Shown: positions 35,479 to 46,727 of the stretch, piece after piece
Layout: every line of letters begins with the position of its first letter
How positions within the stretch are numbered: position 1 is the stretch's first letter
From: Macrostomum hystrix
Taxonomy: Eukaryota > Animalia > Platyhelminthes
Reading direction: 5' to 3'
Assembly (NCBI GenBank): GCA_950097015.1
Contig: CATNEN010000032.1
Coordinates: 806,001-870,000 of the forward strand
Length of the DNA: 64,000 nucleotides
Position numbers and translations under genes: made by a program
The notes under the pieces: generated by a model
The model's input: only the letters and a program-made list of their open reading frames with translations
Database searches by the model: none
What the model was told of the DNA's origin: nothing

Positions 35479-36537
35479 CTAAAACAAAGCAGAGACACCG
35501 CGGGCAAAAGTCACAGCAGCCTCCGCTGTCTGGTGAAACCGGGGGAGATAACGCTGCACAGCTTCACTTCTCCAGTCACCAATGCGCATGATATCAGCCA
35601 CTGGGAGGCCCAGCACAGACGCCCAGGTAGCTCCTCCTCGTCGCAGGCTGTGCGCGGAGTAAGATTCTGGTCGAACGCCGACTGCGGCAAACTTGTCACG
35701 GAGGAAGCAGTCCAGGTGCCTCCCAGTCAGCAGGCGCAAGCCGCCACTTCCGTCGGCGTAGGACCAGAGTGGTGACTCTGCTGACTTCAATTCGTTGGCG
35801 CGGATGTGTCGCTCGACTGCGCTAACCGGGCACAGCGCACGCTGCCGCGCCAATCTCGGCAGCAGTACCAGGTGGCTGCGCTCCTTGAACTGGATGGTCT
35901 TGCCGAACTCGCAGCGCAACACCAGACCCTTCGGATGCTGAAGCAGGTCGGCGCGCCGGGAAAGGGCCGGGCCCTTACCAGTTCGTGGCAGAAAGCTGGA
36001 CTTTCGCAGCATTCCCCACCAGCAGCAGATGGTCACAGCCCAGCAGGCCAGCTGCAGCCTGTCGGTCTCGTCAACTAGTCGTCGCATCTCCGTCAGCATT
36101 GTAGGCGACACAGGCCGCTTTCGGTTCACGCGCAGTCCGAGGACTCATTTAGCGCCGCGAAGGAGAAGAACCGCTGAAGCGTGCTTAGTCAGGTCCGGCG
36201 ACGAGTTAATTCGGAACCAGAGCGACAGAGAGCTGTAGACTGCCGAGATGCTGCTGTAGGCATGTAGCCGTGTGCCGATCAGACTGGCCAAATAGTTCAA
36301 CAGGCTCGTGACGTTGCAGGACATTGGATCGCAGCCGGTTTGGTGGCAGAACTCCCGCCACTCACGGACGTGTCTGTTGACTGCCTGCGCCGACCTCGGT
36401 GCGTACGCAGCGCTCAGCAGCGATGTGGCGCGGCTGCTAAGAGAGTCTGACGCAGCTGGGCGGCCTGAAAATGAAGAAAGGAGGCGGTCGCCAAGCCAAA
36501 AGCATGCTGATACAGTGATTGTAGAATGCTTGGGCAT
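35479..36537 (-). pseudogene. Ngaro tyrosine recombinase with one in-frame stop (36145-36147)
   Basis: GMLRKSS (R), CPVSAV, HSLRRGGA (HxxR), IGDWRS (W) and VQRY (Y). ORFs 36145-36537 and 35479-36129 share a frame, reading RGAK*VLGLRVNRK. Confidence 0.93.
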
Positions 36538-38045
36538 ATAAAACCATACAAGCGGAGTAAAAAGTTTAAAAGCTGGCCTCGCTCATGCAACCGCGAGGCA
36601 GCGTCCGCAAAAATTTGAAAATCACCAGGCACATGAAACGCGCGAATGCTCATTCCAAAGCGCAAACACATCAGGGCCACCGTCTGCAGCAGCCGCTGCA
36701 ACGCAGGACACTTTGAAACGCCTTTGTTGATGATGTGACAGGCCGTCTGGTTGTCGCAGTAGATGCTCACCTTGCAACCTTTGAGCACATCCCTCCACCT
36801 CATCACTGCCAGCAGAGGGACCAACGCTTCCTTGTAGTTGATCGGCAGGTTCGCGAAGGCTGATCCTGCATCCTTCTCCCAGTCCAGGTAGCACCAGTCA
36901 AACAGACCATCCTGGTCACGCAGCAGCGCCGCACCACCTCTGCCGCACGCATCGGATTCCATCGCCACAACTCGATTGTAGCTCGGCCACAGCTGCACCC
37001 ATCGGCACGCCTGCAACGCCACCTTCCACCAGTTCAGCTGACTGCGTAACCCGGAGTCGACCAGCGTTCGCTGTCCACGCCGTAAGGTGTTGCACCGCTC
37101 AATCAGCTCACGCAAGAAGGTCCTTCCGCAACTGATGACCTGCGCTGCCCACCCTAACTTGCCAATGACCTGTTGGAGGGCCCGCTGACTAATCCTCACC
37201 TTGGCTAACTCGGCACCAACCAGGTTGATCAACTTCCTCGCCTTCTCATCCGGCAGCTTCTTGATTCCTTCCACAGTGTCGAACTCAATTCCAAGGAATG
37301 ACATCCGCTGCGCCGGCGGCTGACATTTGGCCGGGTTGACGGTGAATCCCAGCCGAGTCAGCAAGTAAATCAGATCGACGTAGAAGCGCTGGCAGTTCTC
37401 CTGCGTCCCGCAGTAGGCAAAGTCGTCCAGGTAAGACTCGGTGTTGATGAAGCCTCTGCGCACCATCATCAGATGAATCGCATTGCTCAGGCGCTGAAAG
37501 CACGTGACCGAGGCTGCCGCCCCGAACGGCAGGCGTGTATCGAACATGTAGGTGGGAGTGGCGCAGCCAGGAAACTTGAACTTGAGACCGGTGTTGACGA
37601 AGTCTTCTGGGTGCACTCCACATGCGCGGTATGCTTCACTCAGGTCAACTTTAGTCATATAGCAGCCTCTCGTTAACTTACTTGCGAAGTTTTCAGCGCT
37701 TGAAAACCGCAACTTCTCATTGCTCTCCCAGTGCGCGTTCACCGACAGATTGTCCGGCCGACTGCAATCGTGAATTAGACGTACCCGGCCGTCATCCTTC
37801 GGCAAGGCTCCCAGCGCACTCACAATCCGAGGCCGCCACCCATCCGAGCACCGACGGTAGCGGTCAAGGCGAATTTCCCTCAGAATTTGCGTTTGAACAG
37901 CTTCAGCGTAAACATTCACAGATTCATAGTTGCTGACCTCGACAGACTTCAGGTTTTCTCGCTGCACATTCGTAATCCGAAATCCTTCCGACACACCATT
38001 CAGGATAAATTGCTTTCTGTCCAGCGGCAGATCGATCGACTCCAA
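36414..38045 (-). CDS. Ngaro reverse transcriptase/RNase H (open, 543 aa)
   Basis: KVDLSEAYR, RLPFG, YLDD, FLGIEFD; RNase H motifs ESDAC, INYKEA, YCDN and FADAASR. Confidence 0.95.
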   Translation of the reverse strand: MESIDLPLDRKQFILNGVSEGFRITNVQRENLKSVEVSNYESVNVYAEAVQTQILREIRLDRYRRCSDGWRPRIVSALGALPKDDGRVRLIHDCSRPDNLSVNAHWESNEKLRFSSAENFASKLTRGCYMTKVDLSEAYRACGVHPEDFVNTGLKFKFPGCATPTYMFDTRLPFGAAASVTCFQRLSNAIHLMMVRRGFINTESYLDDFAYCGTQENCQRFYVDLIYLLTRLGFTVNPAKCQPPAQRMSFLGIEFDTVEGIKKLPDEKARKLINLVGAELAKVRISQRALQQVIGKLGWAAQVISCGRTFLRELIERCNTLRRGQRTLVDSGLRSQLNWWKVALQACRWVQLWPSYNRVVAMESDACGRGGAALLRDQDGLFDWCYLDWEKDAGSAFANLPINYKEALVPLLAVMRWRDVLKGCKVSIYCDNQTACHIINKGVSKCPALQRLLQTVALMCLRFGMSIRAFHVPGDFQIFADAASRLHERGQLLNFLLRLYGFICPSILQSLYQHAFGLATASFLHFQAAQLRQTLLAAAPHRC

Positions 38046-38117
38046 CTCTTCCGTCCATGCCTCCAGCTTCAGGTCAGTTGATAAAACAGAGGAAGTTAAA
38101 ACCGGATCGACGCGCAG

Positions 38118-38700
38118 TCAGTGCAGAGGCCTGCTCACCTCAGCACCGTCATCCCTGTGCGCCATCGCCGCTGAGTGGCCAAGTCCACAACGCCGGCACC
38201 GATGAGCGAAACGGCAGTTCCGCCTTGAACATCCAGTTTCCTTATTGAAATCAAAGCAGGGTGGCTGCAGGCTTTGTCTTGGCACCCGGTCAACTCTGGC
38301 AGTCGGTGCACTCTGTGGGGCCATCAGGTAGGTGGCAACTCGACCAAGGTCGGATCCGCGCAACTCCCATGACGTCTCGCCATCTTCACTCAGTCTGCAC
38401 TCGTCATCAAACCTCATGACTCGTTCGCGATAGAAGGCAGTTGCCTCTCCGCCATAGCGCCGTCTCTTCTCATACGCGTCGTCACTGCGGCAGCTTCATC
38501 TTGCTCCTCGTCCTCGTCGTCCGCATTCTCAAAGTCGGAGGCGATACCCTCGAGGTGCGCCCTCAGCCGCAGTAAAAGTTCACATTTTTTGCCTTGTGTT
38601 GAAAGCCCTAGGCTCTGAAGCTTCTGACGTAGCGCCCTTACAGTGGTAGGCGCTTCGGATGCAAGTGGCTCGTTAGAGTTTGGCATGATTGTGCAAAAAA
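38118..38700 (-). pseudogene. Ngaro gag-like region: SAP-like N-terminus and CCCH zinc finger, apparently shortened
   Basis: TVRALRQKLQSLGLSTQGKKCELLLRL (SAP pattern) in ORF 38414-38728; CFDFNKETGCSRRNCRFAHRC in ORF 38118-38417. Confidence 0.75.
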
Positions 38701-39112
38701 TCAAACTCAAGCGGAGAGCTGCGCGCAAATTGAATCCGAAAACGTGGTGAGAGGCTCACCTAAAAAGGCTAGCAGGCGGCGGGGGGTGGGGGACGGCCCC
38801 ACCCCACACAGATGCACAGAGACAGCAAGGGGGCGGGCTGATCACTAAAGCCGGTTTGCACAGGCGCAAGCACCCATGCAAACCAAAGCATTTATACTAC
38901 AAATTTTATTCAGTCGGATACTTTTATTCGATTTAACTACACAATTTAACAACTACCAGTACGACAATGAACTCGATCGAGACAAATATTTGTTTTTAAA
39001 TAAAATCACTTTATAATGCTAATTGAAAAAAATGCCGAAACAACGCGTTAAAAAAGCATTATAATAACATTTCTGAATAATAGATTTTAAATGAATTACT
39101 TGTGCATTAAAA

Positions 39113-40593
39113 TTAAAAATGCATTATTTTTGCATTATGGGCTCCTAGGGCCACCTTCCAAGCCGAGATGGCACTTTCAACTGGCGTTAGGAAAGGACTG
39201 TAGCGAGGGAGCCGCCGAAATTCAGCAATGCCAACAGCCTCATTCAGCTCAGCGTAGTTATGGCTGCTCACGTTGTCAAAGACCAGATAGACCACTTGCC
39301 CTGGCCAAGCTGCCTGCACGTTTCCAGTCGTGATTTGCAAAAACTCTGCAAAACGATCCTTGGTCATGCCGCTGGTATAGACCTGATAGTGCACAACAAG
39401 TTGAGGAGACATAGCCAGACAGATGGTGATGCGTGGGCCCTTCTGGCTTGCGACTCGTCGATACGCTCTTTGACCTTTGGCTCTTTGCCGCCGCATCCAA
39501 CTGTCAAAACCAAACTCATCAATGTACACCTTCGGCGCATTGACGACTTCGGGAGAGCACCACCAGTGGCAATAAGCCTCTCTCTCCGCCAGAGCAGCCG
39601 GTGAGTTTCTCTCGGCCGGAGCATCACGAACTAGCTTCACGGAATACAAGAGACCTTCAAGATGCCGACTTAATGTTGACAAACCAACATTTGGCTTGTT
39701 GGGAAACCGTGCTTGCACACGAGCATTGATGTCCTCCAGTGTCAGAAGGCAGTTATCTTCCAGCAACTCACGGCAGAACTGTCCCATTGCACCATCAAAC
39801 TTCGTATATGTCCTACCCCCTCTCCGATTCTTCTCACGCCAGCCTGTTCGAATGATTGAGTATGCCGTCGTCCTTTTGATGTTCATCAGTGCCGCCAAAT
39901 GCAGGAAGTCCTAGCCGTTGTTATGAGCATCCAGCACACGCGCTCGATCCTGATTCGTGATTCGCACGTACGGGCCGCGGCCATCAACGTCGCTTCCGGT
40001 CGCTTCTGACTCCGACTCTGACTCTGACTCCGGTCCGTTCACCCCTTCCTCCATGTTCGTGCGTTAGATCAGTAGACAGATATTCTTCACGAAAGAAGCA
40101 ATTCTCAGTAGTAGCCTTCTCTCTTGTTCAACGACCGCCGTTTTATCTGTGCTAAATTCAATGCCACAAGGCCAGAAATCATTTTCCTTTACAGTCTCAA
40201 TCTCGGTTTTCAATCTTCCCATAGACAATAAACCGAGTACATGTAACTTACAGAATGGACATTAGTCTCTCCAATTCTCTCTCCCAAAGTCAGAAGCAGA
40301 GGCGACAGGAAAGCAAGGGTCTGAAGCTGAGCGTGTCTAAATTGAATGATGGGTGTCTAAATTGAATCTGTGCTTTGCCTCGGAACTAGAATTTTTACCA
40401 TAGACAAATCGCTCTCAATGAGGAAGTGTTTAAATTGAATATCCACTGTCTAAATCGAATATCAGCTGTTTAAATTGAAGTCAGCATTGTCTAATCTGAA
40501 CGTCCAACTGAAGGTATAAAAATAGTGTCGAAAATGAATGTCAAGTTGTCTAATTTGCAGCGCAGATTTGTTGAAATTGAACGGGAAAATGTG
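39113..40593 (-). mobile_element. IS630/Tc1-like element T1 (transposase 40054-39113 with a stop and a small deletion); 5-prime end only
   Basis: HTH region, YIDEFGF, VFDNVSSH and LPRYSPFLTPVE. The end cacattttcccgttcaatt is followed outward by TA (40594-40595). Subterminal tgtctaaattgaa repeats at 40330-40580. Confidence 0.85.
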
Positions 40594-40595
40594 TA

Positions 40596-40616
40596 GCTGT
40601 TCCGTGAAATCGGCCC
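40596..40616 (-). repeat. Orphan Harbinger right TIR
   Basis: The reverse complement gggccgatttcacggaacagc matches the Harbinger TIR pattern. It abuts the H4 TIR across (c)ag. Confidence 0.7.
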
Positions 40617-40741
40617 AGGTACCGATTTCATGAAGCACTGCTAACTGATATTTAGCAGCTGCTAGCTGGCTTTTGGTTTCATGTGTCCAGCAGCTGCTAA
40701 AAATTCTTTAGAAGACTGCTAAATTTTGGTGTCAACACTTA

Positions 40742-42237
40742 CACCATTTTACCCTCAATTTTGAACAACGAAAACTTCAATAGTGACAAACTCCGATTCA
40801 AATTCGACAGTTAACGGCAAGGCACGTCAAAGCTACATTCAATTTTGACACAGTCAACTTCAATTTTGAAAAGGTCCGATTTAGCCAATGCGCGAGCTAA
40901 ATCCTCACTCCTCATGTTGTCTAAAACTCTGATTCAAGTTTGACACAGTGTACGACAAAAGTTACACTCTATGGTAAATTCTCCTGAATATCCGCTTCAA
41001 TTTTATCAACTCCACTTCAATATAGACAGTCTACGTCCAATTTCGACGGACTGGTAAGACAGAAAGGTGGTCGGTGGAGCGTAACATCTGTTGGATATAT
41101 TCGTCCCATTTCCTCACTTAAAGCCTTCATTAAAAACACCAGTTAACATTTATTTAACGTAGAACGGGTCCGAACAAATGGTGCATTGAAAACAGTCTTT
41201 TTAGGTCATTAAGTCCCTCATCTCCAGGGTCTCCTCAGAGCACAGCCACTCTGCAAACTGGTGTCGGGTCTCAATCGTAGTAACCGAGTTTCTCTCAGCC
41301 GGTATGTCGCGAACCAGTTTGGTTGTATACAGAGCACCGTCAAACTTGATGCTAATGGTCTTGTCCGAGACGTGCGGCTTGCTTGGGTATCTGTTGCGCA
41401 ACATGCCGTTCATCAGCGACAGCGTAAGCAGTGGGTTGTGCTGGACGATTGCGCACAGAAAGCGTTGCATTTCGTTGTCCCACTTTGAATGCTTCGCACC
41501 TCCCTTTGCTTTCTTCTCAGCTCTGCCGGTCCGAACAATGGCATAAGCAGTCGTCCCCTTTATCCCCAGTTGGATCGCAAGGTGTACGAAGTCCTCTCCG
41601 TTCTCATGAGCTGTAATTAGGCGCTGTCGATCCTGAACATAAACTGACTGGTTTCTTCTTTGTTCCGGCTGCTGCTCTTCGTCAATCGGATCGTCGGTTG
41701 ACTCCGAACCTTCTTCTTCCAGAAACGATTCCGCGTCCTCGTCGATCATTTAAATTTTCTAAGTTATGGAGTATAACAATAAGGACAGAACGGAAGCGAG
41801 TCAAGGTGGCGGATTAAACTAGAGTGACACGGAGAAGAGAAGGCTCTCATCTTACTTTTACCCTGGACAAGACCATTTCGTTTATGGCAAAAGCTCCCGA
41901 TGGTTCATGTACTGTATAGTCATGAAAGTCCGTCAAAATTGGACGTAGACTGTCTATATTGAAGTGGAGTTGATAAAATTGAAGCGGATATTCAGGAGAA
42001 TTTACCATAGAGTGTAACTTTTGTCGTTCGCTGGGTCAAAATTGAATCAGAGTTTTAGACAACATGAGGAGTGAGGATTTAGCTCGCGCATTGGCTAAAT
42101 CGGACCTTTTCAAAATTGAAGTTGACTGTGTCAAAATTGAATGTAGCTTTGACGTGCCTTGCCGTTAACTGTCGAATTTGAATCGGAGTTTGTCACTATT
42201 GAAGTTTTCGTTGTTCAAAATTGAGGGTAAAATGGTG
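40742..42237 (-). mobile_element. IS630/Tc1-like element T2 with about 310-bp TIRs and TA TSD; transposase (41749-41201) lacks the DDE domain
   Basis: caccattttaccctcaatt... at 40742 mirrors ...aattgagggtaaaatggtg at 42237. TA at 40740-40741 and 42238-42239. The ORF is homologous to the T1 N-terminus. Confidence 0.92.
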
Positions 42238-42394
42238 TAGCAGTCTGCTAAGGGAACGTTTCGGTGCGATGTCTATGGACAAAAAAGGGGGGTTTTAGCA
42301 GACTGTTATTTCTTGGTTTCATGAGAGTAGCAGCTATGCTAAGAAGGGGGCAAATTTTACTGTTAAAGTTTAGCATCCTAGATAGCTGGCTAAG

Positions 42395-43434
42395 ATGGAG
42401 CTGTTCGACCCTCTACACTTGGCAATTCATCAAGGCGAGCATCGACAGAGAGTGTTCAATGAACGTGTGCATTTCGACGCCGACGCAGATTTCAAGCAGC
42501 ATTATAGAATGAATGAACATACGTTTGAGTCTCTGCTGGATCGCATCGGCCCACAATTGGAGTACGATGCAGCAAGAACCGGAAGCCTTAGTGCCCACGA
42601 GCAGGTTTTGACGGCGCATCGATTCTACGCCTCCAATAGTTTCTACCACATACTGAGGGACGCGCATGGGCCTTCCGAATCAACTGTGACGCGTGTCTTG
42701 AAGCGAGTAACAAGCGTCATCAATGCCGATTTATTCCAAGAATCTGTCGCGTGGCCTGATGAGCCAATCGGTGTTGCACAAAGGTTCTTCGACATTGCGG
42801 GACTTCCGTCCGTTTGTGGACTTGTTGGTGGAACGCTCATTCCAGTAAAGAAGCCCGAAGTACACGAGAACCAGTTCGTTGACCGTAAGGGTCAGCACTC
42901 ATTGAACGTGCTTCTGGTGAGCGGTCCGGACCACCAATTCTACTATTGTAACGCTTCGTGGTCAGGCAGTGTCAGTGATGCTAGAGTTCTGCGAAACAGC
43001 AATCTGTTTGCGAGATTTGACACCGATCATTGGCGACCTTTTCCTGGAGCAGTCATACTCGGTGACAGCATTTTTCCTTGTCTGGATTGGCTCATCCCGC
43101 CTGTGCTTGGCGACAACCTGCCTCATGCCACCCCGCGTTCAACCGGGCCCAGAAGAAGACGCGATCAGTGGTAGAACGCAGCATCGGAATACTGAAACTA
43201 AGATTTCCGTGTTTGAACGGTTTGCGCGTCCAGGGCCCTCGATATGCTGCTGAGATAGTGAAGGCTTGTGTGATTCTGCATAACTTCTGCATTCAGCACG
43301 AAGGACAAGTAGATGAAAACATCGCTGCGGCGCTTCTGCCTCCGTTGCCTGACGACGTCGCCCTTCAGCCTGCAGCTGGGGCAGCAGGGATGCAGGACAA
43401 CAGGCGAAGGCAGCTAATTCAATTGTTTAATTGA
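42395..43434 (+). pseudogene. Harbinger DDE transposase (H4), frameshift near 43130, first catalytic D replaced by G
   Basis: GLVGGTLIPV (other copies have DGT), DRKGQHSLNV, GSVSDARVL, LGDSIFP and RSVVERSIGILKLRF. Confidence 0.92.
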
Positions 43435-43743
43435 TCTTTACGCCGTTGGTTGGCGCAATTGATAATAACAATGTATCGCTTTCCGCTAAGCATGACTGTT
43501 TAATGTTTATTTCATTGCAACCGTTTCAGTTACGTGGCTTTGATATTATTGTATGCATAAGTAGATGTTCCAGAGATGTTCCCAATTAGTGAGGGCGTTG
43601 AAAATATACGAGATAATACGAACAATGCAAGTATTGCATTAAAAGCATGCAAAAACGCACCAACCAGACTTGCTTCGCAAATTGTGTCATTTAGTTAATT
43701 GTGTTAATAGGTCCAAAACAATAGATAGGGAGTCCGATAGGAC

Positions 43744-44372
43744 TCAACAAAGATCTCTGGTAGGACCATCGAGATCTTGCTCGAGCTTGCGAATCTCGAG
43801 GCGCAGCTTCTTATTGCGCAGTCTGAGATATTCGAGCACCAGAGAATCCTTGTCAAGTTTAGCCGCCTCCTTCTTTCGACGGGGGGTCGGCGGTCCATCA
43901 GCCGAGTCGCCTCTGAGCAGTGCCAGCATTGATGGTTCAGCTGCAGCTTGGTCCAGGCGCAAACTGGGTCCATCGCAATCCACTCCATTAGAAGATCCGC
44001 TACAAGCATCTGTGCGGACACGAGGAATGCTCCCCTCCACCTCGAGCGAGCGAACGACCGGGCTGTTCTTTCCTCCTCCAGAACCAGGCGATCAACGTCT
44101 GTCTCTTTTATGGTCTCGCCTCCCGCTGCGCCTGTCTGACGGCGAGCGTCGATCTTCTTCATTGAAGTTAGGCGAATATTCTTCCATAGAGTATCGCGCA
44201 GATACTCGACAGACTTGCACAGACCGTTTGCCTCCATAGCATCTCGAATCTCTTCCCATGACTTCCTCTTCTTGATCTTCGCTTCGGAGTTGTCCGCGAA
44301 ACTTCCAAATAGGACAGTCTTGCGATCTCGCATCAGACTTAGAAATAATTTATTTTGCTCAACAGAAGCCAT
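43744..44372 (-). pseudogene. Harbinger Myb/SANT-like protein (H4), frameshift near 44070
   Basis: Close homologue of ORF 8267: KSWEEIRDAM...YLRDTLWKNIR. Confidence 0.88.
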
Positions 44373-44562
44373 TTGATCTTATTTCTTATTCGAAGCAGCG
44401 CACTTATCAGACGGAAAAGAAGTTTCGCTGGTTCTAAGCTTGTGAGCACCCAAAATCAGCCCCACGGATTTAGTCTATGGCACAACCAAACTGCTAGCTT
44501 AGCAGCGGATATTTAGCAGTGAATCCACGAAACCAAAATTTAGCGACTGCTAAATAGGTGTA

Positions 44563-44698
44563 TTATAACAACCGCCAAATTTCGGTTCTGTGGAAAAGAA
44601 AGTCCGAGACTGCATATAACTGGCCGAGGCGAAGCCGAGGCCGGTTATATGTGGTCGAGGACTTTAGACCATAGAACCGGAATTTGGCGGGTGCTATA
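44563..44698. repeat. Imperfect hairpin of about 135 bp centred on ggc-GAA-gcc
   Basis: ttataacaaccgccaaatttcggttctgtgg pairs with ccatagaaccggaatttggcgggtgctataa. The core is atataactggccgaggcgaagccgaggccggttatat. Confidence 0.9.
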
Positions 44699-44875
44699 AA
44701 ATTTAACCTTTTGAAACAGCAATGCAAAAACAGCAGACTCGGTTGGGCGGGTTGGGGGTGTGGTACCATAGACAGACAAAATTTTATTACGAAGCGAAGA
44801 AAAAATTAAGAAGAGGCTAGACTGATAGTATCTGTGAGCAGAGCAGAAGGACCACTATGCACCCTTCCCATATGA

Positions 44876-45003
44876 TTCACGCGGGAATCCCGTCATGGCC
44901 ACGAGTGTCTTCCCATGCGACATGCAGGCACACGCCGCGTGCCTCCATGTCGCATAGAAAGACATGCGTGCACACACGACGGGAAAACGCGTCTCCCCGT
45001 GAA
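44876..45003. repeat. Imperfect hairpin of about 125 bp
   Basis: atgcgacatgcaggcac pairs with gtgcctccatgtcgcat; outer ttcacgcggga pairs with tccccgtgaa. Confidence 0.75.
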
Positions 45004-45829
45004 GTTCTCTCGCGTGAACATGTTGTATGCATGCGTGCATTATTCGCGCTCTATATAATTTATATACGAATCTACATGAGTATTCAATGCATGTTCACAG
45101 GTGCACACAGGCTTTGAACAAAACAGCTACTTCTAGTAGTATTGAATGATCATATGTTTTCTTTAGAAATTGCTGGTCCCTGCGCATTACTTTTATACGT
45201 AGCTTCGCATACTGAGATTGAAATGCATTGCGAATTTTTCTATGCAGTACTTCCAAAACATACGCCCTCTTAATTTACTCCCTATTCGCATAAAAGTACT
45301 TCTTAAAACTTCAGAATTCCACCACAACCAATTGAAAACTAGGAATCTGGAAGTCAAGGTAGAAGAAATAAAACTAAAATGAACAAAACTGACAAAAACG
45401 TAGCAGCAGTACCTGTTTAAATACAAACTTAGTAAATAAATGCCGAATTTGTAAATATTGTAGGGAATATTTTTTACAAACAGAGCTCTATCTTTGTGTA
45501 TTTAAAAGAAGCAGTGTATTGCACATAAGCAAAATGTATCACACGAGAAACATACAATATAGAAAAATATATATATAATGCAACACGCTCGAGTATACAT
45601 ACACGTGATACATGGATCATAATGTAGGATTGTACCATGACTACGTGGCTATCGGGCGGGCTGATATTCGATTATTGCCATAGACGATGTCATTTTGGCC
45701 CGAAAAGTTGGGCCGATAATGGATTATTTTTGTGTATTTTAACGTATTTCAACAAAATAAACAAAACATCCAACAAAGCAGTTAGAGTCCAGAGCCAAAG
45801 CCTAATTTCGCAAAGCGACCTTTTTGCAC

Positions 45830-46612
45830 TCACATATAAATGTAACATTTAGCCCCGTTCTTCTCCAAGGCGATCGTCGGGCCGGATTTATCAGGCTGGC
45901 CAATAGTTGTGACGGCAGTTGGAACGCTGGATGACTTTTCGCAGAGTGCTTGTGCTTGATGTCTGACCACGCTCGATGTAGAGGCATATAGACTATCTGT
46001 GATAGCCGAAGACAATGCGCGCTTCTGGGCCACTGTTGTCCGCTTTGTATAACGGACAACACTATCCACCTTTTTGTGCCCAGAGACGGTTTGAATCGCT
46101 TCGGCACTGAATCCAGCAGAAGACAGGTTTGTTATGGTTGTTGCGCGGATCGAATGGTTGGTGTAGTCCCGCGAGAGCCTGGCCGCTTTCGAGATCGTCT
46201 TCATCATGCTGGCCAATGTGTTCTTGCCCAATACATCTTTTGGGCAATACCATGCTCCATTCTGCCACTTGACGGCAGGCCTGGGAAACAGAGAGCCGTT
46301 CTCAGATGGAAGCTTCGAAAGATACAGTTTGATCGCTTCAACTGGGCACACAGATTTGTCTTGCACAGGAAAAATCCCAATCTCGCGATTGGACCGAGGG
46401 GCATCGGCGGACACACACTTTTCTTTCTTTTCTTTCTGCAAGTCAACGCACGTCATACCTCCGGTGGATTCCCGCAGAATGACATCTTTTTTCTCAAGCG
46501 CTCGAATCCATTCACGTCCACGAAAGGCAAAGTGTGAGCTCAGGACAAAGAAGACTTCCTGTTGCAGTTTCTGTGGCGAGCTCCGGTCGAAGTACGCATG
46601 CAACAACGCCAA
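45830..46612 (-). CDS. Crypton-type tyrosine recombinase (DUF3504-like), catalytic domain only
   Basis: FAFRGRE (R), CPVEAIKLYLSKLP, LGKNTLASMMK, TNHSIRAT (HxxR), SGHKK (H) and VVRY (Y). No core-binding domain or ATG upstream. Flanked by the direct repeat gattgtaccat(a)gact (45628-45642 and 46731-46746). Confidence 0.88.
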   Translation of the reverse strand: MALLHAYFDRSSPQKLQQEVFFVLSSHFAFRGREWIRALEKKDVILRESTGGMTCVDLQKEKKEKCVSADAPRSNREIGIFPVQDKSVCPVEAIKLYLSKLPSENGSLFPRPAVKWQNGAWYCPKDVLGKNTLASMMKTISKAARLSRDYTNHSIRATTITNLSSAGFSAEAIQTVSGHKKVDSVVRYTKRTTVAQKRALSSAITDSLYASTSSVVRHQAQALCEKSSSVPTAVTTIGQPDKSGPTIALEKNGAKCYIYM

Positions 46613-46630
46613 ATCTTTATTAATAGTATA

Positions 46631-46727
46631 TTATTACCCAGGCTTTCAGGGCGATAATGGGAAAGCCAGAGGGCGCCGAAGGCGCCCGAGGGATTTCTCA
46701 TTATCGCCCGCAAAGCCTGGGTAATAC
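46631..46727. repeat. Hairpin of about 97 bp centred on gggcgcc-GAA-ggcgccc
   Basis: tattacccaggcttt..ggcgataatg pairs with cattatcgcc..aaagcctgggtaata. Confidence 0.92.

Larger units (their letters stand above)
34974..38892 (-). mobile_element. Ngaro-type tyrosine-recombinase retrotransposon with complete split direct repeats (A1-ORFs-B1-A2-B2)
   Basis: A repeat 38703-38892 equals 35155-35344 (one mismatch seen). B repeat 35343-35437 equals 34974-35068. B1 abuts A2. ORF order is gag, RT/RH, YR. Confidence 0.95.
40619..44553. mobile_element. PIF/Harbinger element H4, right end truncated, containing Tc1-like T2
   Basis: Left TIR gtaccgatttcatgaagcactgcta; tagcag subterminal repeats at both ends; convergent transposase and Myb ORFs. 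Confidence 0.88.

Noticed and set aside
35479-38045. DIRS1-type inverted terminal repeats or a methyltransferase domain
   Set aside because: The repeats are split direct repeats (Ngaro type), and no methyltransferase motif was seen after RNase H.
40330-42240. Regularly spaced tgtctaaattgaa/ttcaattttgac repeats as an iteron or CRISPR array
   Set aside because: They lie inside the TIRs of Tc1-like elements and are mirrored at both ends of T2.
10453-43434. Harbinger ORFs as the domesticated host gene HARBI1 or bacterial IS5
   Set aside because: They occur in multiple frameshifted copies with TIRs, CAG TSDs and Myb partners, which indicates eukaryotic transposons.
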